Shown: positions 40,211-47,132 of the stretch, in pieces
Position numbering within the stretch: position 1 is the first letter of the stretch
Layout: each line of letters starts with the position of its first letter
Assembly: GCA_934438175.1 (NCBI GenBank)
Contig: CAKSBH010000002.1
Span: forward strand, 156,780-220,779
Direction of reading: 5' to 3'
From: an uncultured Eubacteriales bacterium
GTDB lineage: Bacteria; Bacillota; Clostridia; Oscillospirales; UBA644
DNA length: 64,000 bases
Notes under the pieces: generated by a model
The model's database searches: none
Seen by the model: the letters and a program-made list of their open reading frames with translations, nothing else
Told to the model about the DNA's origin: nothing
Made by a program: the position numbers and the translations under genes

Positions 40211-41554
40211 ATGGGATATTATGAAGCGATTAATATGATCTTCGGTATCATTTACATCGTTTTCAGCTTGATCATGGTTCATTTCATCGTGTTCGGCATT
40301 GTCGGGCTGTTTCACCGTAAGCGGTATCCGAAGACCGACCGGATCAACCGGTACGGCGTTATCATACCTGCCCGGAACGAAGAGAATGTGGTCGGCGGTC
40401 TGATCGAAAGCGTGCAGAAAAACAATTACCCGCAGGACAAGCTGCAGATTTTTGTGATTGCGCACAACTGTACGGACCGTACCGCCGAGATTGCCCGGAG
40501 CATGGGCGCCACGGTGTATGAATACAACAATCCGGAAGAAAACACCATGGGCTATGCGTTCCGGCATCTGTTCTCGTGCATCGAGCGGGATTACGGAACC
40601 CAGAATTATGACGGATTTTTCCTGTTCAACGCGGACAATGTGCTGGATCAGAATTATTTTTCCCGCATGAACGATGCGTTTGAATACTACGATAAACGCT
40701 ATGTCATCACGTCCTACCGCAATTCCAAGAATTTCGGAAGCAATCTTCTTTCGGGTCTGTACGGAATTTATTTCCTTACCGGGTGCCGGATGGAAAGTTG
40801 CGGCAGAACGGCGCTCGGCTGTTCCACCCGTGTGCAGGGAACCGGATACGTCATCAATTCCAATCTGGTCAAGAACGGCTGGGATTATGTTTCGCTGACG
40901 GAGGACTGGGAATTTTCTGCGGATCAGGTGCTGATGAACAACCGCATCCGTTATTGCGATGACGCGATTTTCTACGACGAACAGCCCACATCTTTCCGGA
41001 TTATGTGGCGCCAGCGTGTCCGCTGGTCCCGGGGGCATCTTCTGGTGTTCTGCGCGCGGGCAAAGGATCTGCTCCGTTCGCTGTTTTCCCGTGAAGTACG
41101 GCATAAATATTCGTTGTACGACCTGACCACCAACATGATTCCGTCCAGTTTGATCTGGTTTGCGCTGTTTCTTCTTCAGCTCGTACTGCTTCTGATCACA
41201 CCGCTTGTTTCTCCCGGTGTTTCCTTCCAGGAAATTTTTCTGCGGATGGGCGACAGTTTCTGGAATCCGGCGGGTCTTCTGTGGATCTGGTTGCGCAACG
41301 CGCTGTTTTCCACGGTGATTCTGATGATCAGTGCCGCCGTCATTTTCGTTACCGAACGGAAGCGGATCAAGAATGTTTCGCTGGGCAAAAAGATTCTGGT
41401 TTCTTTGTTCTGGCCGTTGTTCCTTGCCATTCAGCTGCCCATGGATATTCAGGCGCTGTTTTCCAAAAACCTCGGCTGGAAACCGATTCCTCACGCGGAC
41501 AAGACCACGTTTGATAAGGTGAACGAGGGCTTTGCCGATGAGGAAGCAATATGA
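40211..41554 (+). CDS. membrane-embedded family-2 glycosyltransferase (processive, PgaC/cellulose-synthase-like topology)
   Basis: 447 aa, AAGGAG SD. N-terminal TM, GT-A core (IIPARNEE...FVIAHNCTD...FNADN), RxRW-type motif (QRVRWSRG), and C-terminal TM helices. Confidence 0.85.
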   Translation: MGYYEAINMIFGIIYIVFSLIMVHFIVFGIVGLFHRKRYPKTDRINRYGVIIPARNEENVVGGLIESVQKNNYPQDKLQIFVIAHNCTDRTAEIARSMGATVYEYNNPEENTMGYAFRHLFSCIERDYGTQNYDGFFLFNADNVLDQNYFSRMNDAFEYYDKRYVITSYRNSKNFGSNLLSGLYGIYFLTGCRMESCGRTALGCSTRVQGTGYVINSNLVKNGWDYVSLTEDWEFSADQVLMNNRIRYCDDAIFYDEQPTSFRIMWRQRVRWSRGHLLVFCARAKDLLRSLFSREVRHKYSLYDLTTNMIPSSLIWFALFLLQLVLLLITPLVSPGVSFQEIFLRMGDSFWNPAGLLWIWLRNALFSTVILMISAAVIFVTERKRIKNVSLGKKILVSLFWPLFLAIQLPMDIQALFSKNLGWKPIPHADKTTFDKVNEGFADEEAI

Positions 41555-42309
41555 TTTTTTTCAGAAAACAAAAAGTCAGGGCGGGGTGCAGCCGCTCTGA
41601 CTGTTTTCCTTTTGGCAGAGAGATTCCCGTTGCGGTTCTGCGGAAGCCGGTGCGGAATCTGCGTATTTCGGTCCGGTCTCCGGACGGTTCCGTCACCGTG
41701 ACGGCTCCCCGCTCCGTATCGGATGCGGAGATCCGTGCGTTTCTTTCGGATAAAAAAGAATGGATTCTTCGCAGCCGTGAGCGGATTCTCCGCCTGGCAG
41801 CCGAGCGTCCGACCCGGTTTGCGGATGGGGAAGAACTGTTTTTCCGGGGTGTGCCGTACCGGCTGGAGGTCCGTGCCGGTGCAGGAAACGGATTGACGCT
41901 TGAGGGAAATCGTGCCGTTCTGACGGTGTGTCGTCCGGAGGATGAGACACTGCGGACACGCACCGTGCTGGATGCCTACCGGGACGATTTGCGGAAAACG
42001 GCAGCGAAGTGGTTTTCCTTCTGGGGCGAAAAAACCGGGCTGTACTGTCGGTCCTGGCAGATCCGGCAGATGACCACCCGTTGGGGATCCTGCAGTCCGC
42101 ATGCCCGCACCGTGCGACTGAATCTCCGGCTTGCCGAACGTCCGGAGGAAGCCGTCTGCTATGTGGTTCTGCACGAGCTTGCCCATTTGCGGGAAGCCAA
42201 CCACGGCCCCCGTTTTCAAGCCATTCTGAACGAGTATCTGCCGGAATGGAAAGCCATCCGCCGGCGTTTGCGCGAGCCGCAGGCCGCGGCGGAACGAAAG
42301 GAGCAATGA
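41551..42309 (+). CDS. YgjP-like M48/DUF45 metal-dependent hydrolase
   Basis: Start overlaps the upstream stop. HELAHLREANHGPRF zinc motif. Confidence 0.8.
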   Translation: MIFFRKQKVRAGCSRSDCFPFGREIPVAVLRKPVRNLRISVRSPDGSVTVTAPRSVSDAEIRAFLSDKKEWILRSRERILRLAAERPTRFADGEELFFRGVPYRLEVRAGAGNGLTLEGNRAVLTVCRPEDETLRTRTVLDAYRDDLRKTAAKWFSFWGEKTGLYCRSWQIRQMTTRWGSCSPHARTVRLNLRLAERPEEAVCYVVLHELAHLREANHGPRFQAILNEYLPEWKAIRRRLREPQAAAERKEQ

Positions 42310-42968
42310 ACATGGAGTATCGTGAACTGTGTTGGGAATCGTTTGCCCGGAAGGATCATTTTTCTTATTTTTCTTCCATGCAGAACCCGTATGTCGGCGT
42401 GACGGTGGAAACGGATATCGGGGAACTGCCCCGTTTGTGCAGGGAAACCGGAACCCCGTTTTTTCTGACCGTTCTGTATGCCGTGAGCCGCGCGGCGAAC
42501 GCCGTGCCGCAGTTGAGGCAGCGCATTGTAAACGGACGTCCCGTTGAGTTCGACCGGTGCGACACGTCTCATACGGTTCTCCGTCCGGACGGAACGTACG
42601 GCTACTGCCGTCTGCGGGAGGATGCTCCGTTTGAGGAGTTTCTTTTGTATGCCCGGCCTCTGTATGAAGCGGCGAAACATTCCGAGGGGCTGAAGGAGGA
42701 AGACGATCTTCTGGGCTGCTTTTTCGTATCTTCCCTGCCGTGGATTTCTTTTTCCTCGCTGGTGCAGCCGACCCCGACCCCGGCAGACAGCAATCCCCGG
42801 ATTGTGCTGGGAAAATATGTGCAGAACGGGCTCCGCTGGTCAATGCCCGTCGCGGTTCTGGCCAATCATGCGCTGGTGGACGGCGTGCATCTGGCTGCTT
42901 TTTACGATGCCCTTGCCGCCGGGCTTTCCGGGCTGGAGGATGCCTTGCGGGGAAAAAATAAAAACTGA
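42306..42968 (+). CDS. chloramphenicol-acetyltransferase-family (CAT-like) protein
   Basis: ATG 42306 overlaps the upstream stop (ATGA). CAT-family N-terminus (W..F.RK.HF..F) and catalytic region NHALVDGVH. Confidence 0.75.
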   Translation: MNMEYRELCWESFARKDHFSYFSSMQNPYVGVTVETDIGELPRLCRETGTPFFLTVLYAVSRAANAVPQLRQRIVNGRPVEFDRCDTSHTVLRPDGTYGYCRLREDAPFEEFLLYARPLYEAAKHSEGLKEEDDLLGCFFVSSLPWISFSSLVQPTPTPADSNPRIVLGKYVQNGLRWSMPVAVLANHALVDGVHLAAFYDALAAGLSGLEDALRGKNKN

Positions 42969-43024
42969 AAAAAGGGTCGCAGATCCGACGCCTCTTCGGG
43001 AGGACGCGGATGCGACCCTTTGTG

Positions 43025-43070
43025 CCGGAGACGTTTTCTTCCGAAACCGTCTCCGGTTTTTTGTTTTTTG
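43025..43070 (+). terminator. intrinsic terminator (second of two hairpins after the CAT-like gene)
   Basis: CCGGAGACG (43025-43033) / CGTCTCCGG (43048-43056), then TTTTTTGTTTTTT. Preceded by a long GC-rich imperfect hairpin at 42974-43018. Confidence 0.8.
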
Positions 43071-43071
43071 T

Positions 43072-43952
43072 TCAGTCCAGCGCGATGACGGTAATCATGC
43101 AGTCAAACGAATCCAGAATGAAATTGTAGTTCTCCTGCTCAAAAGAGAACGAAAGTTTGACCTGGGTATCCTTTGCGTTGTAAATCCGGTTGAAGACAAA
43201 GGATTGCTGAATGTTCCGTGCTTCCATGGCGCCTTCGTGGTGTTGGGTGCGTGTACGCCGCTTGCAGAGATCGTTGTCATAGCCGTCGGTCATCACAACG
43301 CAGAACTGCCCGTCGCAGTTGGTGCTTACGGCAATCGACCCGCTGATGCACACGCTGTAGGTATGGCCTTTTTTGAGTGTGATCGTATTCTGATTGCAGG
43401 ATACCAGACCGCCGGAGCTCAGTTTTTCCTGAAAATACGGGCGCGCCTTTTCTCTCTGAAGAAAAATACGGGGGGGGGGAAAAACCGCCGGTTGCGTAGA
43501 ACCAGCCCGTGCAGATGCCGTCGTTGCCCGGATCGCCTTTTTCCCCGGGATCGCCTTTGTCTCCCGGTTCTCCGTCGGATGCCGCCGCTTTCACGCCGGT
43601 GTCGGTCGTGCCGATCCACCAGGTTCCGTTTTCTCCGATGAAGGGCGTATCTCCATCCCTGCCGGGAAGCCCGTCAACGCCGTCGGTTCCGTCGCTGCCG
43701 GAGCGTGTCAAGAGATACCAGGTCGTGCCATTCGTTTCCGCTGCCGGTTTTCCATTGAATCGCCGTGCCGTTGTTGCGCACTTCCGGCAATTCGACGGTG
43801 CTGCCTGCCGGCTTGCTCCGTCCGGTAAACAGGAGAACCGTGCAAAGAATCAGAAGAAGGCAGCATACGGTCAGAAGAGTTCCCATCAAGAAATTCCGGT
43901 TGTTAAATTCCGGTTGTTTTTCATCGCGTTTCCTCCGTTTGAAAAATAGCAT
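43072..43952 (-). pseudogene. membrane-anchored collagen-like repeat protein, disrupted by two frameshifts
   Basis: Three consecutive minus-strand ORFs in three frames. (1) TM anchor plus IQWKTGSGNEWHDLVSLDTL. (2) GXY runs (GSDGTDGVDGLPGRDGDT, GEPGDKGDPGEKGDPGNDG) flanking FIGENGTWWIGTTDTGV. (3) ~130-aa beta-rich C-terminal domain. Frame changes occur near 43700 and at the C10 tract. No SD at the ATG. Confidence 0.7.
43470..43479 (-). repeat. homopolymeric tract, C10 on the coding strand (G10 on plus) followed by T5/A5
   Basis: Counted directly: G at 43470-43479. Site of the second frame change; a 9-C tract would join the middle and C-terminal reading frames. Confidence 0.9.
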
Positions 43953-44005
43953 CGCGGCGGTTTTTCGCCGATGCCCACACCGCGGAGGAGCATCGGCGGA
44001 CGGGA

Positions 44006-44599
44006 TCAGGTTTGATCGGGGGTGTTTGCTTTGTACCGTTCCACAAACAGTGCCACGCCCTGTTTCAGAAGATCCATCTGGGCTTTCAGGTAATATTCGT
44101 CTTCAAACATGGCGTAGTGTACGCATGCCCGCACAAAAATGAAGATCAGCGGTGTGATGACCGTATACGGAATGCCGATTTTCGGTTCCAGCTGTTTCGC
44201 GTATTCGGTATAGCGCGTGTTGACGCCCTCAAAGAATTTCTTGCCGTATTCCCGGTATTTCGGAAGCGTGTAGACCTGGTACATCAGACGGTATTTCTTG
44301 CCGTGCTCCTTCGCCGTCCAATACGGGACGGTTTCGATGAACCGCGGAACATCCCTGGGGTCGGTGGGGGCTTTGGACATAAACTCGTCCTCCACCTTTG
44401 CCATGCAGTATGCCGTCGATTCCAGAATCAGCTCATCCAAATTCCGGAAATAGCAATACAGATTGCCCGTTGTACAGTTGCATGCCTTCGCAAGGGCTTT
44501 GATGCCTGTGCCGGTCAGTCCGTTTTCGGCATAGCATGCAAAGCATTTTTCCATGAGTTCTTCTTTTTTCTCATTGTGCTGCTGTTCGGTTGTTTTCAT
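44006..44599 (-). CDS. TetR/AcrR-family transcriptional regulator
   Basis: ATG 44599 (MKTTEQQHNEKKEELMEKCFACYAENGLTGTGIKALAKACNCTTGNLYCYF) after GGAAGGA. 197 aa. Confidence 0.85.
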   Translation of the reverse strand: MKTTEQQHNEKKEELMEKCFACYAENGLTGTGIKALAKACNCTTGNLYCYFRNLDELILESTAYCMAKVEDEFMSKAPTDPRDVPRFIETVPYWTAKEHGKKYRLMYQVYTLPKYREYGKKFFEGVNTRYTEYAKQLEPKIGIPYTVITPLIFIFVRACVHYAMFEDEYYLKAQMDLLKQGVALFVERYKANTPDQT

Positions 44600-44633
44600 A
44601 AAAATCCTTCCCGTCAAAACCAACGGATTAATT

Positions 44634-44647
44634 GTTATTAGTATAAC
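44634..44647. promoter_or_regulatory. palindrome overlapping the TetR -10 (candidate operator)
   Basis: GTTAT-TAGT-ATAAC. Minus-strand TATACT at 44645..40, with TTGCCT 17 nt upstream. Confidence 0.35.
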
Positions 44648-44871
44648 ATATCTTTTATGAAAAGGCAAGTCCGGAACGCCGTTTCGGAGGAAAAATTACG
44701 GTTTTCGGAATATGGACCCGGAAAGGGACGGATTTTCGGGGAAATTCCGGCTTTGAGTCCGCGGGCGGATCTCTGTCCGGCATGCGGCGCGGAAAAGAAG
44801 CGGAAGCTGCGGGCGCTTCGGTAGATTCGGATGCTTTTTCCTCTGCGGAAAGCCGCGGGACGGGGAAACCG

Positions 44872-44916
44872 GTGAAAAAATAAAACCGTCAGACATCCTG
44901 GGATGTCTGACGGTTT
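44872..44916 (-). terminator. intrinsic terminator after tRNA-Leu
   Basis: Minus strand AAACCGTCAGACATCC / GGATGTCTGACGGTTT hairpin (44916..44883), then TTTTATTTTTT. Confidence 0.85.
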
Positions 44917-44917
44917 C

Positions 44918-45004
44918 TGGTGCGGACGGGGGGACTTGAACCCCCACGGGAAAACTCCCACTACCCCCTCAAAGTAGCGTGTCTGCCAATTCCACCACGA
45001 CCGC
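44918..45004 (-). tRNA. tRNA-Leu, anticodon GAG
   Basis: 87 nt: GCGGTCGTGGTGGAATTGGCAGACACGCTACTTTGAGGGGGTAGTGGGAGTTTTCCCGTGGGGGTTCAAGTCCCCCCGTCCGCACCA. Cloverleaf folded by hand: anticodon loop UUGAGGG, long variable arm, GTTCAAGT T-loop, encoded CCA. One U5-U68 mismatch in the acceptor stem. Confidence 0.9.
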
Positions 45005-45026
45005 ATATCGGTTTGGAACGCAACTT

Positions 45027-45055
45027 ATTATATCAGAAAAGCACGGCTTTGTCAA
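45027..45055 (-). promoter_or_regulatory. sigma-A promoter of tRNA-Leu
   Basis: Minus strand TTGACA (45055..45050), 17-nt spacer, TATAAT (45032..45027). Confidence 0.65.
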
Positions 45056-45094
45056 TATCTTTTTGAGGGCTGCGGAATTTTTTTTGCAACCGCA

Positions 45095-45123
45095 TTGACA
45101 AACCCTGAGAAAGAAACTATAAT
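45095..45123 (+). promoter_or_regulatory. sigma-A promoter of the yicC-remA-gmk-rpoZ-priA block
   Basis: TTGACA (45095-45100), 17-nt spacer, TATAAT (45118-45123). Confidence 0.65.
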
Positions 45124-45176
45124 ATAAGATGAATTATTATGGAGTAGTATCTTTATCCATTCAGGAGGACGAATCT

Positions 45177-46055
45177 ATGATCCGAAGCATGACCGGATTC
45201 GGTCGGGCGCGGGAGGTTCTGCACGGGCGGGACATTTCCGTGGAGATCAAATCGGTGAATCATCGGTTTCTGGAGACCTTTGTCCGGGTTCCCCGCACCT
45301 ATTCTTTTTTGGAGGAACCGATTCGCAGTGCCGTTCAGCAGCGCATTGCGCGGGGCAAGGTGGAAATCTCCGTTTCCCTTGACGATTCTCAGACGGATAC
45401 CGGTGTTATCCGGTTCAACCGCAATCTTTTCGAGCAGTATTACGGGGTGCTGAACGAGGTGGCGTCTTCTTACGGGCTTCCGTTTTCGCCCGATGCCACG
45501 CTGGCTCTGCGTCTGCCGGATGTTCTTTCCGCCTCTTCCGAAGAGACCGATACCGATGCTGTATGGCAGGATGTCCGGACCGTTCTGGAAGCGGCGCTGG
45601 ATGCCTTTGTGGCACAGCGGGAGTGTGAGGGAGCGCGGCTTGCCTCCGATATTGTGGGCAAGTGCGGAGAGATCCTTTCTCATGTTGATTTCATTGAATC
45701 CCGCTCCGGGATGCTGGTGGAGGAATACATTGCGAAGCTGCGCAAGCGCATCGAGGCGCTTCTCGGAGACACGAAGGTGGACGAGCAGCGGCTTCTGACC
45801 GAGACGGCAATCATGGCGGACCGGCTTGCCGTGGACGAAGAGATTGTGCGTCTGCACGCGCATTGCGACACTCTGGCGGAGATGTTCCGTTCCGGAACGT
45901 CGAACGGCAAGAAGATGGACTTTATCATCCAGGAGATGAACCGGGAAATCAACACCATTTCGTCCAAGATCGGGGATCTTGACGTAACCCGCCGGGTGAT
46001 TGAAGTTAAGACCTGTATCGAAAAAATCCGCGAGCAGGTTCAGAATATCGAATAA
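45177..46055 (+). CDS. yicC: YicC-family stress-induced protein (endoribonuclease YloC/YicC)
   Basis: ATG 45177 (MIRSMTGFGRA...) after AGGAGG. C-terminal DUF1732 region EEIVRLHAH...QEMNREINT. Confidence 0.9.
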   Translation: MIRSMTGFGRAREVLHGRDISVEIKSVNHRFLETFVRVPRTYSFLEEPIRSAVQQRIARGKVEISVSLDDSQTDTGVIRFNRNLFEQYYGVLNEVASSYGLPFSPDATLALRLPDVLSASSEETDTDAVWQDVRTVLEAALDAFVAQRECEGARLASDIVGKCGEILSHVDFIESRSGMLVEEYIAKLRKRIEALLGDTKVDEQRLLTETAIMADRLAVDEEIVRLHAHCDTLAEMFRSGTSNGKKMDFIIQEMNREINTISSKIGDLDVTRRVIEVKTCIEKIREQVQNIE

Positions 46056-46079
46056 GGGAAGCAAAACGGGGAGAATTGT

Positions 46080-46343
46080 ATGAAACTGATTAACATCGGC
46101 TTCGGAAACGTGGTGGCGGCAAACCGTATCGTTGCCATTGTCAGCCCGGATTCGTCGCCCATCAAGCGCATTGTGTCCGATGCAAAAGAAAACGGGACGC
46201 TCATTGATGCCACGTACGGAAGACGGACCCGCGCCGTCATCATCACCGACAGCGAACATGTCATTCTCAGCGCCGTCCAGCCGGAAACGGTTGCCGGACG
46301 TGTCGATCCCGAAGATGTCGGGGAGGAAGACGAGGATGACTAA
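46080..46343 (+). CDS. remA: RemA/YlzA (DUF370) regulator
   Basis: 87 aa. [30 protein letters not shown] is near-canonical RemA. Confidence 0.9.
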   Translation: MKLINIGFGNVVAANRIVAIVSPDSSPIKRIVSDAKENGTLIDATYGRRTRAVIITDSEHVILSAVQPETVAGRVDPEDVGEEDEDD

Positions 46344-46896
46344 GGGCAGACTTTTTATTGTTTCCGGGCCTTCGGGCGTGGGAAAGGATACCGTTGTGGG
46401 CGAAGTGCTCAAGCGGCTTCCCGATGCGTTTCTTTCGGTGTCGTACACCACGCGGGAGCCGCGGGGACGGGAAAAAGAGGGCGTGGATTATTTTTACATC
46501 ACCCGCGAGCAGTTTGAGCAGGAGGTTGCCGCCGGCAATATGCTGGAATACTGCGACTATGTGTCCGCGATGTACGGAACGCCGCGTCCGCCGGTGGAAC
46601 AGGCGCTTTCGGAGGGGAAACCGGTGTTTCTGGTGATTGAGCGCGTGGGAATGGAAAAGGTGAAGCAGGTGTATCCGGATGCCGTGACCGTGTTTCTGGC
46701 GCCGCCCTCCATGGATGCCCTGACGGAGCGTCTGACCGGACGGAAATCCGATTCGCCGGAAAAAATCCGCAAGCGTCTTGCCGAGGCGAAGAACGAACTG
46801 AGCCACCAGGACGAATACAAGCATGTTGTGGTCAACGATGATCTCGACCGGACGGTCGAAGAGATTCTTCATATTGTAAAACAATCGATGAAATAA
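46336..46896 (+). CDS. gmk: guanylate kinase
   Basis: ATG 46336. P-loop GPSGVGKDT and TTREPRGRE motif. Confidence 0.93.
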   Translation: MTKGRLFIVSGPSGVGKDTVVGEVLKRLPDAFLSVSYTTREPRGREKEGVDYFYITREQFEQEVAAGNMLEYCDYVSAMYGTPRPPVEQALSEGKPVFLVIERVGMEKVKQVYPDAVTVFLAPPSMDALTERLTGRKSDSPEKIRKRLAEAKNELSHQDEYKHVVVNDDLDRTVEEILHIVKQSMK

Positions 46897-46913
46897 TTTT
46901 TGAGGTGAAAAAA

Positions 46914-47132
46914 ATGCTTTATCCCAGTATTCCGCAGTTGATTACCGATCATTCCAAGCAGTGCCGCTACTCGCTGGTCATTGCCGTGGCGAAGGAAGCC
47001 CGGGTGATTGCCGACGAAAAAGAAGCCGAAGGCGAACGGTTGGAAGACCGCGCGGTTTCGCTTGCCGTCAAGGCGTTTGCCGACGGAAAAGCCAGTTATT
47101 CCGAGGATCGCAGCGTTTCTTACAATGACTGA
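46914..47132 (+). CDS. rpoZ: DNA-directed RNA polymerase subunit omega
   Basis: ATG 46914, 7 nt after GAGGTG. MLYPSI..L......RYSLVIAVAKEAR pattern. Confidence 0.85.
   Translation: MLYPSIPQLITDHSKQCRYSLVIAVAKEARVIADEKEAEGERLEDRAVSLAVKAFADGKASYSEDRSVSYND

Noticed and set aside
43509-43949. 146-aa plus-strand ORF (PGSPFSPGSPLSPGSPS...) that runs uninterrupted across the first frameshift of the collagen-like gene.
   Set aside because: It is the complement of GXY-coding DNA, since the antisense of GGN-NNN-NNN gives xxP/S repeats. It has no SD and no recognisable domain, whereas the minus-strand frames carry a TM anchor and the IGENGTWWIG motif.
44638-45006. Minus-strand ORFs of 122 and 83 aa in the track.
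   Set aside because: They are read through the tRNA-Leu gene and its terminator, so they are not coding.
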